Below are positions 50,965 through 64,000 of a stretch of DNA of 64,000 bases, one piece after another. The position numbers and the translations under genes were made by a program. The notes under the pieces were generated by a model. It searched no databases, was not told the DNA's origin, and worked only from the letters and a program-made list of their open reading frames with translations. The stretch is from Macrostomum lignano (Eukaryota): NCBI GenBank assembly GCA_002269645.1, contig NIVC01000882.1, positions 1 through 64,000 on the forward strand, in the 5' to 3' direction. Each line of letters starts with the position of its first letter. The stretch's first letter is position 1.

Positions 50965-53900
50965 TTCTGAGACTGATCATCTTGCAATCTGATCTCACCT
51001 CTGAGACTGATTATCTTGCAATCTGATTTCACCTCTGAGACTGATCATCTTGCAATCTGATCTCACCTCTGAGACTGTTTATCTTGCAATCTGATCTCAC
51101 CTCTGAGACTGATCATCTTGCAATCTGATCTCACCTCTGAGACTGATCATCTTGCAATCTGATCTCACCTCTGAGACTGATCATCTTGCAATCTGATCTC
51201 ACCTCTGAGACTGATCATCTTGCAATCTGATCTCACCTCTGAGACTGATCATCTTGCAATCTGATCTCACCTCTGAGACTGATCATCTTGCAATCTGATC
51301 TCACCTCTGAGACTGATCATCTTGCAATCTGATCTCACCTCTGAGACTGATCATCTTGCAATCTGATCTCACATCTGAGACTGATCATCTTGCAATCTGA
51401 TCTCACCTCTGAGACTGATCATCTTGCAATCTGATCTCACCTCTGAGACTGATCATCTTGCAATCTGATCTCACCTCTGAGACTGATCATCTTGCAATCT
51501 GATCTCACCTCTGAGACTGATCATCTTGCAATCTGATCTCACCTCTGAGACTGATAATCTTGCAATCTGATCTCACCTCTGAGACTGATCATCTTGCAAT
51601 CTGATCTCACCTCTGAGACTGACCAACTTGAAATCTGATCTCACCTCTGAGACTGATCATCTTGCAATCTGATCTCACCTCTGAGACTGACCATCTTGCA
51701 ATCTGATCTCACCTCTGAGACTGATTATCTTGCAATCTGATCTCACCTCTGAGACTGATCATCTTGCAATCTGATCTCACCTCTGAGACTGACCAACTTG
51801 AAATCTGATCTCACCTCTGAGACTGATCATCTTGCAATCTGATCTCACCTCTGAGACTGACCAACTTGAAATCTGATCTCACCTCTGAGACTGATTATCT
51901 TGCAATCTGATCTCACCTCTGAGACTGATCATCTTGCAATCTGATCTCACCTCTGAGACTGACCAACTTGAAATCTGATCTCACCTCTGAGACTGATCAT
52001 CTTGCAATCTGATCTCACCTCTGAGACTGACCATCTTGCAATCTGATCTCACCTCTGAGACTGATTATCTTGCAATCTGATCTCACCTCTGAGACTGATC
52101 ATCTTGCAATCTGATCTCACCTCTGAGACTGACCAACTTGCAATCTGATCTCACCTCTGAGACTGATCATCTTGCAATCTGATCTCACCTCTGAGACTGA
52201 CCATCTTGCAATCTGATCTCACCTCTGAGACTGATTATCTTGCAATCTGATCTCACCTCTGAGACTGATCATCTTGCAATCTGATCTCACCTCTGAGACT
52301 GATCATCTTGCAATCTGATCTCACCTCTGAGACTGACCAACTTGAAATCTGATCTCACCTCTGAGACTGATTATCTTGCAATCTGATCTCACCTCTGAGA
52401 CTGATCATCTTGAAATCTGATCTCACCTCTGAGACTGACCAACTTGAAATCTGATCTCACCTCTGAGACTGATCATCTTGCAATCTGATCTCACCTCTGA
52501 GACTGATCATCTTGCAATCTGATCTCACCTCTGAGACTGACCAACTTGAAATCTGATCTCACCTCTGAGACTGATCATCTTGCAATCTGATCTCACCTCT
52601 GAGACTGACCATCTTGCAATCTGATCTCACCTCTGAGACTGATCATCTTGCAATCTGATCTCACCTCTGAGACTGACCATCTTGCAATCTGATCTCACCT
52701 CTGAGACTGACCATCTTGCAATCTGATCTCACCTCTGAGACTGATCATCTTGCAATCTGATCTCACCTCTGAGACTGATCATCTTGCAATCTGATCTCAC
52801 CTCTGAGACTGACCATCTTGCAATCTGATCTCACCTCTGAGACTGATCATCTTGCAATCTGATCTCACCTCTGAGACTGACCAACTTGAAATCTGATCTC
52901 ACCTCTGAGACTGATTATCTTGCAATCTGATCTCACCTCTGAGACTGATCATCTTGCAATCTGATCTCACCTCTGAGACTGACCAACTTGAAATCTGATC
53001 TCACCTCTGAGACTGATCATCTTGCAATCTGATCTCACCTCTGAGACTGACCAACTTGAAATCTGATCTCACCTCTGAGACTGACCATCTTGCAATCTGA
53101 TCTCACCTCTGAGACTGATCATCTTGCAATCTGATCTCACCTCTGAGACTGACCAACTTGAAATCTGATCTCACCTCTGAGACTGACCAACTTGAAATCT
53201 GATCTCACCTTCTGAGACTGATTATCTTGCAATCTGATTTCACCTTCTGAGACTGATTATCTTGCAATCTGATCTCACCTCTGAGACTGATCATCTTGCA
53301 ATCTGATCTCACCTCTGAGACTGATCATCTTGCAATCTGATCTCACCTCTGAGACTGATCATCTTGCAATCTGATCTCACCTTCTGAGACTGATCATCTT
53401 GCAATCTGATCTCACCTCTGAGACTGATTATCTTGCAATCTGATCTCACCTCTGAGACTGATTATCTTGCAATCTGATCTCACCTCTGAGACTGATCATC
53501 TTGCAATCTGATCTCACCTCTGAGACTGATCATCTTGCAATCTGATCTCACCTCTGAGACTGATCATCTTGCAATCTGATCTCACCTCTGAGACTGATAT
53601 CTTGCAATCTGATCTCACCTCTGAGACTGATCATCTTGCAATCTGATCTCACCTCTGAGACTGATCAACTTGCAATCTGATCTCACCTCTGAGACTGATC
53701 ATCTTGCAATCTGATCTCACCTCTGAGACTGATCAACTTGCAATCTGATCTCACCTCTGAGACTGATTATCTTGCAATCTGATCTCACCTCTGAGACTGA
53801 TCATCTTGCAATCTGATCTCACCTCTGAGACTGATCATCTTGCAATCTGATCTCACCTCTGAGACTGATCATCTTGCAATCTGATCTCACCTCTGAGACT

Positions 53901-55790
53901 GATTATCTTGCAATCTGATCTCACCTCTGAGACTGATTATCTTGCAATCTGATCTCACCTCTGAGACTGATCATCTTGCAATCTGATCTCACCTCTGAGA
54001 CTGATCATCTTGCAATCTGATCTCACCTCTGAGACTGATTATCTTGCAATCTGATCTCACCTCTGAGACTGATCATCTTGCAATCTGATCTCACCTCTGA
54101 GACTGATCATCTTGCAATCTGATCTCACCTCTGAGACTGATTATCTTGCAATCTGATCTCACCTCTGAGACTGATTATCTTGCAATCTGATCTCACCTCT
54201 GAGACTGATCATCTTGCAATCTGATCTCACCTCTGAGACTGATTATCTTGCAATTGATCTCACCTCTGAGACTGATCATCTTGCAATCTGATCTCACCTC
54301 TGAGACTGATTATCTTGCAATTTGATCTCACCTCTGAGACTGATCAACTTGCAATCTGATCTCACCTCTGAGACTGATTATCTTGCAATTTGATCTCACC
54401 TCTGAGACTGATCATCTTGCAATCTGATCTCACCTCTGAGACTGATCATCTTGCAATCTGATCTCACCTCTGAGACTGATCAACTTGCAATCTGATCTCA
54501 CCTCTGAGACTGATTATCTTGCAATCTGATCTCACCTCTGAGACTGATTATCTTGCAATCTGATCTCACCTCTGAGACTGATCATCTTGCAATCTGATCT
54601 CACCTCTGAGACTGATCAACTTGCAATCTGATCTCACCTCTGAGACTGATTATCTTGCAATCTGATCTCACCTCTGAGACTGATCATCTTGCAATCTGAT
54701 CTCACCTCTGAGACTGATCAACTTGCAATCTGATCTCACCTCTGAGACTGATTATCTTGCAATCTGATCTCACCTCTGAGACTGATTATCTTGCAATCTG
54801 ATCTCACCTCTGAGACTGATCATCTTGCAATCTGATCTCACCTCTGAGACTGATCAACTTGCAATCTGATCTCACCTCTGAGACTGATTATCTTGCAATT
54901 TGATCTCACCTCTGAGACTGATCATCTTGCAATCTGATCTCACCTCTGAGACTGATCAACTTGCAATCTGATCTCACCTCTGAGACTGATTATCTTGCAA
55001 TCTGATCTCACCTCTGAGACTGATAATCTTGCAATCTGATCTCACCTCTGAGACTGATCAACTTGCAATCTGATCTCACCTCTGAGACTGATTATCTTGC
55101 AATTTGATCTCACCTCTGAGACTGATCAACTTGCAATCTGATCTCACCTCTGAGACTGATTATCTTGCAATCTGATCTCACCTCTGAGACTGATCATCTT
55201 GCAATCTGATCTCACCTCTGAGACTGATCATCTTGCAATCTGATCTCACCTCTGAGACTGATCAACTTGCAATCTGATCTCACCTCTGAGACTGATTATC
55301 TTGCAATCTGATCTCACCTCTGAGACTGATCATCTTGCAATCTGATCTCACCTCTGAGACTGATCAACTTGCAATCTGATCTCACCTCTGAGACTGATTA
55401 TCTTGCAATCTGATCTCACCTCTGAGACTGATTATCTTGCAATTTGATCTCACCTCTGAGACTGACCAACTTGAAATCTGATCTCACCTCTGAGACTGAT
55501 TATCTTGCAATTTGATCTCACCTCTGAGACTGACCAACTTGAAATCTGATCTCACCTCTGAGACTGATTATCTTGCAATTTGATCTCACCTCTGAGACTG
55601 ATCATCTTGCAATCTGATCTCACCTCTGAGACTGATTATCTTGCAATTTGATCTCACCTCTGAGACTGACCAACTTGAAATCTGATCTCACCTCTGAGAC
55701 TGATCATCTTGCAATCTGATCCCACCTCTGAGACTGACCATCTTGCAATCTGATCTCACCTCTGAGACTGATCATCTTGCAATTTGATCT
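50965..55790. repeat. 34-bp minisatellite (TCTGATCTCACCTCTGAGACTGATCATCTTGCAA), about 140 units, about 4.8 kb
   Basis: Contiguous units without spacers; several recurrent variants. Confidence 0.98.
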
Positions 55791-57224
55791 GAAGCAATAC
55801 AAGGGCGCCAATAGTCTACGCAGCCACGCACTCACATACGCTCACACAGGGTGCACAGTGGCCCTGACTGTCTAATCGTCAGGCATGTACACTGTCTGTG
55901 CCTTGGGGTCTGGCCCTCATGTGGCTGTGAATGGCACGACAACCCACTGTGTGCCCACAAGCCCCAAATGAATGCGGCAACGCACGGAATCGAATGCCTA
56001 TTTAGTCCTAGATAAATGCTTCTTACATGCTGCGAGAATACCAGCAAGGCTACTCCGAGTAGGCGGTAGAAGAGTTTGGTCCCCGTTTATTGTTTACTTT
56101 TTAGTACAATAAAATATTTCCATTGTTCACGTAATTTGAAGACGATTTTTATGCAGTAATCCATGCATGAAATATTGCTTAGACTCCTCTTTCCGGGTAG
56201 CGATGAAATTTGAATTTAGAGATAAAGCCTTGATGTTAATTTACTTACAGTAGGGCAAACCGATACGCTTGTGTCAGTGCAACAGGGCTTGCAATTTTTA
56301 TGTCAAGCCTGGCAGGAAACACGCTTCTGCATGTTTGCAATGCAAAGAGAAACAGAGTCAATTTTCAGTGTGTGCACCACAGCTCGATTTCATTTCCCAA
56401 AAGGCACAATGGTTTCATAAGGCAAATCAATTGACGTAAAGGCTGCGGAAGCAAACAACCGCTATGCAATGCTTGTCTGCAACATGGAGCTGGTCACACA
56501 TTCTGTAAGCAGGCACACGCTCACACGGGATGTACAGCAGCGTTTGAATCTTGCGCTAGTTTGAGATTTTACGACATGTCGAAAACGGGAAAAATTGGAA
56601 AACTGAAACAAAACTTTCGGCCCTACAGGCTGGGTTTTTATTCTATTAATTTTAAAAGAAAAACTTTACGCCACTTTCTTAGAAAGGTTGGAAGGTTCAG
56701 CAAGTCTTTCGAGTTTGAATCGAGGACTAAAAGTGTGGAAATGCAGTGTTTTATCGGAAGATTACTCGCACAAAAGTGCACAGGTAATTCGTCGCATGTT
56801 CCATTGAATGACTAAGGCGACTACCGTCAACATTCAAGTCCCCTTTATCCGGCCTGTCTAATGTTTCAGAGCTGTCTACCGATCGATATTCTTCCAGCTG
56901 CTTCATCAGAATCCTCTCTCTTGGTAAATTGCTCAACCAGACGACTAATGCAGGAATTGGCTTGATATTAGCACGACTTTGATGCCAGACAAAAAGAGAA
57001 TTTTTCCTCCTACTGTTTCCCAAGCAAAGCTTTGCTAAAAATAGAAACGATACTCGTATTGAGACAGACAGACATTAAACAGGAAAAGATACTCTAGCTT
57101 GAAGATGCCCTTTCTAATGGGCCGGATTAACAATGGCGTTTAAATTATGAATTCCCTCCATTAATTAACCTCATTAATTTCCCACTTATTAATTTCCTTT
57201 TCCGATTTTTCCATTCCCCCTGCA

Positions 57225-57885
57225 TAAATTCCAATCCTTCCCAGAAGGTCGCCCAAATTCTTCCCAGAGATTCACTCCCAATCCCTCCCAGAGAGTCACT
57301 CCCAATCCTTCCCAGAGAGTCACTCCCAATCCTTCCCAGAGAGTCACTCCCAATCCTTCCCCAGAGTCACTCCCAATCCTTCGCAGAGAGTCGCTCCCAA
57401 TCCTTCCCAGAGAGTCACTCCCAATCCTTCCCAGAGAGTCACTCCCAATCCTTCCCAGAGAGTCACTCCCAATCCTTCCCAGAGAGTCACTCCCAATCCT
57501 TCCCCAGAGTCACTCCCAATCCTTCCCAGAGAGTCGCTCCCAATTCTTCCCCAGAGAGTCACTCCCAATCCCTCCCAGAGAGTCACTCCCAATCATCCTT
57601 CCCAGAGAGTCACTCCCAATCCTTCGCAGAGAGTCACTCCCAATCCTTCGCAGAGAGTCACTCCCAATCCTTCCCAGAGAGTCACTCCCAATCCTTCCCC
57701 AGAGTCACTCCCAATCCTTCGCAGAGAGTCACTCCCAATCCTTCCCAGAGCGTCACTCCCAATCCTTCCCAGAGAGTCACTCCCAATCCTTCCCAGAGAG
57801 TCACTCCCAATCCTTCCCAGAGAGTCACTCACAATCCTTCCCAGAGAGTCACTCCCGATCCTTCCCAGAGAGTCACTCCCAATGA
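57225..57885. repeat. 23/24-bp minisatellite (CCCAATCCTTCCCAGAGAGTCACT) just upstream of the GPCR gene
   Basis: Visible tandem units. Confidence 0.93.
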
Positions 57886-57920
57886 GCTCAGGGCTGCAAC
57901 CTAGATGAAGAACAGCCCAG

Positions 57921-57985
57921 CCAATACGCCAATGAGACGAGAGCTGGGCATGAGCAGGGTAGGGGACTCAAACGCACTATTTAAA
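57921..57985 (+). promoter_or_regulatory. Possible core promoter of the GPCR gene (two CCAAT, TATA-like TATTTAAA)
   Basis: CCAAT at 57921 and 57929; TATTTAAA at 57978-57985, 55 nt before the ATG. Motif match only. Confidence 0.3.
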
Positions 57986-58040
57986 TGATGAAATCACCCC
58001 TAAAGTAGAAGTTTCCCAATCAATCAATGGGAACTCAAAA

Positions 58041-59032
58041 ATGTCCAACAAAACCAACGCCACCGCAGAGTCGGACGAGTGTCCGGAACTTTCAGACAGA
58101 AGATACGAGAGCAGCTTGTGCTTCTTCATAGCCTACCCGATTGTTGTTTGCCTGGCCCTGCTGGGCAACTGCGCCGTGGTGGCCCTGGTTGCCGGCAGGA
58201 ACGGCGCCATCCGGCGGGCCACCTACCGCAGTCTCACTCTGCTGCTGTGCGGCTGCGAGCTGCTCGCGGCTCTGCTGCTCCTCCTGCTGCTGTTCCGCCT
58301 TGGCGTCGGCCGGCACAACCGGCTGCAGCAGGGCTCGGCCGCGGTGGACGCCGGATGGACCAGCGAGCTGGAGAACCCGCTGGCGACTCGGCGGCCGACC
58401 TTCCTCAGCGTGCTCATCAGCCTGCGCGACGTCACCATCGGGCGGAGGTGTTCGCCTACTGCCTCCTGGCCGTCGACCGCCTGCTGGCCGTGGCGGCGCC
58501 CACCAGCCGCGTCTGGAGCCGGAAGGTCGCCCTCTGTCTGGCCTGCAGCGTCCTGGTAGCCATGGCAACAGCCGAACTCGGCTTGCAGACCTGGCGATGG
58601 CTGGGCTTGGCTTGGGCCGACACGACTCAAGCTGCCTGCGAGCACATCGGCAACCATTCGCGCGCGAACGCCCTCACGAAGGCTGGCATCGCCATCACGC
58701 TGTACTCGATCTCCGCCGTCGCCTACGTCGCCACCGGCGTCATCCTGGCTGCTCGCCGCGCCGACAAGCCCGACGGTGTCGGTGGTGGAGACCGGCGAGC
58801 CCTGCGCCTGTCCTTGGCCGGCCTGGCCATCGGCAACCTCATCCAGCTGCTCAGCCTGGTGCCAATGACGCTGAAGAACGTCGCGGGCCTGCGTCAGGAG
58901 TACTGCCTGTACGACCTGTTCCACATCAACTCTGCCGCGGTGCCCTGCCTCACCGTGGCCTTCAACGCATCAGTCCGAGACCGTCTGGCTGCGAAGCTCT
59001 GCCGTCAGTCTCGACGAGTCGCCCCGGGCTGA
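58041..59032 (+). CDS. Intronless rhodopsin-like (class A) 7TM receptor, orphan, about 330 aa; 1-nt frameshift near 58440
   Basis: ORF 58041..58559 joined to the frame of 58079..59032. N-terminal NKT/NAT glycosylation sequons, TM1 LALLGN, TM3 LLAVDRLLAV (DRY-like), TM7 HINSAAVPCL, about seven hydrophobic stretches. The 992-nt span is one short of a codon multiple. Confidence 0.7.
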
Positions 59033-59359
59033 GGCAATCGTGCGAATCTCACTGGAGACCATGTAGTTTCGGAACAAAAATTGACAATTAAATCTCCCCT
59101 TTTAAACTAATGCAATGCAATCAAAGCAATTGTGTAATACAAGAGGGGTCAGAGTCCCCGTACATGATAGCCATCCAAGGGGAGGTCAGAACGCCTTGGC
59201 GAAATATGAGGATGATCATGCTCCCTGGCAAAAAAACGGATTTCGAGAAGGATCGCTTTTTTGCGAAGCGAAACGAAGTTTTACCATAGACAAACTCCAC
59301 TTAGAAAGATCTGTCTATCCTACATGTAAATTTTAGCTGTCGTGCATGACATGACATGA

Positions 59360-59685
59360 AGTCTATGGCCAAGACTTCCTAAAAATTGGGATATTCCCCC
59401 CCATGAATTTCATTGGCTAATGGAATTTAATAATAGTCACCACCCCTAAGTTCTTAATGGCTGAAGCTTGTACGCGGGGGAATGCTAATTTCTTTCCCTT
59501 AAGCCGTCGTGGCCCAGAGGAAGAAAGCAGTTAAAGATGTCTAACGTTAATCGTGACTTTGGAATTTCCCTCGCGTACAAGCTTCAGCCATTAAGAACTT
59601 GGGGGGTACTATTATTAAATTCCAGCAGCCAATGAAATTCATGGGGGGGAATATCTAAATTTTTAGGAGGTTTTGGCCATAGACT
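59360..59685. mobile_element. MITE with about 120-bp terminal inverted repeats, Tc1-like ends
   Basis: Begins AGTCTATGGCCAAGACTTCCTAAAAAT and ends ATTTTTAGGAGGTTTTGGCCATAGACT. The arms pair through to GCTGAAGCTTGTACGCG / CGCGTACAAGCTTCAGC. Confidence 0.8.
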
Positions 59686-60032
59686 CGCTTTCAGATGAGC
59701 GATCTAAGACTATAGACATACGAGCGTATTTATCCATTTTTATTTAATGCTAGCTACTGTTAGTAGGCAAGTTACCAATATTACCAGCGAAAAATCCTTG
59801 TGTAATTATTGAAAGAAATTTAATACATAGCAATTATAGAGGCAGGAGAATCCCGTCCGTTAATAATAATATTAATTAAAAACAATAACTACTGTGAGCA
59901 CCCTGGCGCAAAGCCTTTGGCGACATGGTCCCACAGCCAGTGCTGAGGCGATTCTGCCCATTCCGCTGACTCCTGAGCTCGTGCAAGCTCGCCAATACTG
60001 CACGCAGGCACGCACTCGCGCACACGCTCACC

Positions 60033-60812
60033 ATGTATCCATATCTATCCATGTATCCATATCTATCCATGTATCCATATCTATCCATGTATCCATATCT
60101 ATCCATGTATCCATATCTATCCATGTATCCATATCTATCCATATATCCATATCTATCCATGTATCCATATCTATCCATGTATCCATATCTATCCATGTAT
60201 CCATATCTATCCATGTATCCATATCTATCCATGTATCCATATCTATCCATAAATCCATATCTATCCATGTATCCATATCTATCCATGTATCCATATCTAT
60301 CCATGTATCCATATCTATCCATGTATCCATATCTATCCATGTATCCATATCTATCCATGTATCCATATCTATCCATGTATCCATATCTATCCATGTATCC
60401 ATATCTATCCATAAATCCATATCTATCCATATATCTATATCTATCCATATATCCATATCTATCCATGTATCCATATCTATCCATATATCCATACCAGTAT
60501 CTATCCATGTATCCATATCTATCCATATATCCATATCTATCCATGTATCCATATCTATCCATGTATCCATATCTATCCATGTATCCATATCTATCCATGT
60601 ATCCATATCTATCCATGTATCCATATCTATCCATGTATCCATATCTATCCATAAATCCATATCTATCCATATATCTATATCTATCCATATATCCATATCT
60701 ATCCATGTATCCATATCTATCCATATATCCATACCAGTATCTATCCATGTATCCATATCTATCTATATATCTATATCTATCCATATATCCATATCTATCC
60801 ATAAATCCATCT
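60033..60812. repeat. 18-bp minisatellite (GTATCCATATCTATCCAT; 6-bp subperiod)
   Basis: Visible; includes an internally duplicated variant block (about 60400-60500 repeated at about 60640-60740). Confidence 0.96.
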
Positions 60813-61509
60813 ATCGATATGACAAATCTGCGCGTTATTTATCGGCCTCTGCAGCTGATTTCTAAGCAAATCGAGTCCGGCGTTCGTCTGCTCAGCTGAT
60901 TGTGTCTCGACCAGTGGAATGAATTTTCCACTAGCTACAGCAATGAATTTTTATTTGAAATCAACACACATTAGGCAAACTGTTTCTACAGTAAAGACAC
61001 ACAATAAATAAAAAAGTTAATTAAAATTGTAATAAATAGGTGTGGCATTGACACAGCAATTTTTTGATTTGCGAGTAATAAATATTCAGTATAGTGGAGT
61101 TATTATTTTATGGAGATGTTTTTACCACTGACATCAGTCCTGAGGCTGTACTCAAGTTGAGAAAATGACTCCGTTGAAAATTTTTAGACTTTTTAGCACT
61201 TCATTTGCCAACCCTCCTTAACACTGCTGAATTGCCTAATTAAATATCACTAGATTAAGAATCGTGTACATTTTATGGATACAGTGAAGAAAGTTGATAC
61301 ATCTGAAGTGCTTACTGTAATTTTGCTTGTACCATCAGAAGATTAGATAGTTGAAAATTTATAACAGAAAAATCGACTCCTCGAACGCATATAATTTATC
61401 TCACATCAACTTTAAAGTCTATAAGATAGGAGCAAGCACTCACAAGTGACATAAGATTTGGGTTTTTTCATTTGGCTGCCAGCTGGGATCCAGGATACTA
61501 CGAGCGTAG

Positions 61510-62480
61510 TTCTGGCATTGGGATCTGTGAGCTGGGATTTAGGATGTTATAGTTCTGGGATTAGGATCTGTGAGCTGGGATTTAGGATGTTATAGTTCTG
61601 GGATTAGGATCTGTGAGCTGGGATTTAGGATGTTATAGCTCTGGGATTAGGATCTGTGAGCTGGGATTTAGGATGTTATAGTTCTGGGATTAGGATCTGT
61701 GAGCTGGGATTTAGGATGTTATAGTTCTGGGATTAGGATCTGTGAGCTGGGATTTAGGATGTTATAGTTCTGGGATCTGGGATCTGGGATTTAGGATGTT
61801 AGTTCTTGGATCCGGGATCTGGGATTTAGGATGTTAGTTCTGGGATTCGGGATCTGAGATTTAGGATGTTAGTTCTGGGATCGGGGATCTGGGATTTAGG
61901 ATGTTAGTTCTGGGATCGGGGATCTGGGATTTAGGATGTTAGTTCTGGGATTCGGGATCTGAGATTTAGGATGTTAGTTCTGGGATCGGGGATCTGGGAT
62001 TTAGGATGTTAGTTCTGGGATCGGGGATCTGGGATTTAGGATGTTGGTTCTAGGATCCGGGATCTGGGATTTAGGATGTTAGTTCTGGGATTCGGGATCT
62101 GAGATTTAGGATGTTAGTTCTGGGATCGGGGATCTGGGATTTAGGATGTTAGTTCTGGGATCGGGGATCTGGGATTTAGAATGTTAGTTCTAGGATTCGG
62201 GATCTGGGATTTAGGATGTTAGTTCTAGGATCCGGGATCTGGGATTTAGGATGTTAGTTCTTGGATTCGGGATCTGGGATTTAGGATGTTAGTTCTGGGA
62301 TCGGGGATGTGGGATTTAGGATGTTAGTTCTGGGATCGGGGATCTGGGATTTAGGATGTTAGTTCTAGGATTCGGGATCTGGGATTTAGGATGTTAGTTC
62401 TAGGATCCGGGATCTGGGATTTAGGATCTGGGAGTGTTCTGGGATCTTAGATCTGAGATTTAGGATCTGGGATCTAGGAT
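61510..62480. repeat. 43-bp then 35-bp related arrays (CTGGGATTTAGGATGTTA core)
   Basis: Unit switch near 61770. Confidence 0.93.
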
Positions 62481-62604
62481 CTAAGAATATGGGATTGAGG
62501 ATTTAGAATACGGGATCGGGTATCTAAAATTTTGAATCTAAGATTCTGAAATCTGGTATATGGGATCTCTCATTGGACTAATGCCTGTCACACGCGCGTG
62601 CCTG

Positions 62605-63056
62605 TCACACGCGGCCTTTCACACCGGAATGGCTCGCCAGCGGCACCCCGTTGGCGCCGTGCCTGACTGAGTCGGCGGACACTCCGTAGGCCCTCAGCTG
62701 GTAGATGAAATAGTGCAAGGTGAGCATGTCCACCGGCCTGATGTAGTGGAAAGAGATGGCTGTGGAGCTGCAGCAGTCCAGGCCCTGAGTGAAATTTCAT
62801 GGAGTCGGAGTTTGACTTTATTTTTAAATGGAAAATCTTTTAAACTTTTTAAGCCACTTTCTTAGAAATTAGCTGGACAGAGCGAAGCAAAAGCTCACCA
62901 CTTTGATTGGATGGTAGTTGTACTTCCACAGCCAGAAATCCTTTGGCCAGTTCGCGTAGTCAATGTGGCTGGCAGCGTCGAAGGGGTGAAACCGCTCGCG
63001 TCCCTTCTCGTCTATCGAGTCCAGAATGCTCACGCCGACGTTCTCGAGGCAGTTGC
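62605..63056 (-). CDS. C1GALT1: Core 1 beta-1,3-galactosyltransferase (T-synthase, GT31)-like, last two exons; remainder beyond the window
   Basis: Exon 63056-62899 (GNCLENVGVSILDSIDEKGRERFHPFDAASHIDYANWPKDFWLWKYNYHPIKV) and exon 62784-62605 (GLDCCSSTAISFHYIRPVDMLTLHYFIYQLRAYG...*). These match recalled C1GALT1 ETFHPF..FWYWNYNYYP..GCCSDLAVSFHYV..YLVYHLRPYG. GT-AG, phase 0 between them. Confidence 0.85.
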
Positions 63057-63109
63057 CTGCGCAGAGGACATTGGATCAGTGAGACTGGGTAGTCTACGTG
63101 TGTTAGTAT

Positions 63110-64000
63110 CTGTCTCTGGTCTGTCTCTGGTTTGTCTCTGATTTGTCTCTGGTCTGTCTCTGATTTGTCTCTGATCTGTCTCTGATCTGTCTCTGGTCTG
63201 TCTCTGATTTGTCTCTGATTTGTCTCTGATTTGTCTCTGATTTGTCTCTGGTCTGTCTCTGATTTGTCTCTGGTCTGTCTCTGGTCTGTCTCTAATTTGT
63301 CTCTGATTTGTCTCTGATCTGTCTCTGGTCTGTCTCTGATTTGTCTCTGATTTGTCTCTGATCTGTCTCTGGTTTGTCTCTGGTTTGTCTCTGGTTTGTC
63401 TCTGGTCTGTCTCTGGTCTGTCTCTGATTTGTCTCTGATTTGTCTCTGATCTGTCTCTGGTTTGTCTCTGGTTTGTCTCTGGTTTGTCTCTGGTCTGTCT
63501 CTGGTCTGTCTCTGATTTGTCTCTGATTTGTCTCTGATCTGTCTCTGGTTTGTCTCTGGTTTGTCTCTGGTTTGTCTCTGGTTTGTCTCTGGTCTGTCTC
63601 TGATCTGTCTCTGGTTTGTCTCTGGTTTGTCTCTGGTCTGTCTCTGATCTGTCTCTGATCTGTCTTTGATCTGTCTCTGATTTGTCTCTGATTTGTCTCT
63701 GATCTGTCTCTGATCTATCTCTGATCTGTTTCTGATCTGTCTCTGATCTGTCTCTGATCTGTCTCTGTTCTGTCTCTGATCTATCTCTGGTCTCTCTCTG
63801 ATTTGTCTCTGATCTGTCTCTGATTTGTCTCTGGTCTGTCTCTGGTCTGTCTCTGGTCTCTCTCTGATTTGTCTCTGATCTGTCTCTGATCTGTCTCTGA
63901 TTTGTCTCTGATCTGTCTCTGATTTGTCTCTGGTCTGTCTCTGATTTGTCTCTGGTCTGTCTCTGAATTGTCTTTGATCTGTCTCTGATCTGTCTCTGGT
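63110..64000. repeat. 11-bp repeat (CTCTGATTTGT / CTCTGGTCTGT), C1GALT1 intron, runs off the window
   Basis: Visible tandem units. Confidence 0.95.

Noticed and set aside
49850-55790. CRISPR-like appearance of the 34-bp and 37-bp repeats
   Set aside because: The units are contiguous with no unique spacers, there are no cas genes, and the context is eukaryotic.
56751-57023. 90-aa minus-strand ORF (LMKQLEEYRSVDSSETLDRP)
   Set aside because: No family recognised and no convincing splice sites; probably chance.

Overview
Eukaryotic (metazoan) genomic DNA with GC-rich, spliced exons and introns packed with minisatellites. The style suggests a flatworm such as Macrostomum lignano, but this is inference and is not verified. 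By manual splicing and recalled homology I can support eight protein-coding loci: RAD1 (9-1-1 clamp, 5' end cut by the window), a short DLG1-like gene (L27-PDZ1-PDZ2-basic tail), AP2M1, a short CCDC88/Girdin-Daple-like Hook-related gene, fumarate hydratase, a diaphanous-type formin, an intronless class A GPCR-like gene and the last two exons of a C1GALT1-like galactosyltransferase. Six of the eight carry frameshifts. Most are 1-nt indels that look like long-read consensus errors, but AP2M1 has a cluster of multi-base deletions. The window also holds about 25 distinct tandem arrays (largest: about 4.8 kb of a 34-bp unit), tRNA-derived SINEs, 5'-truncated non-LTR retrotransposon ends with target-site duplications, and several inverted-repeat elements, one with a decayed IS630/Tc1-like transposase. 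There is no CRISPR array, rRNA or bona fide tRNA gene. I found no clearly new multi-gene system; the best leads are the truncated DLG and CCDC88 architectures. All homology calls are from memory of the families, and no database search was run.
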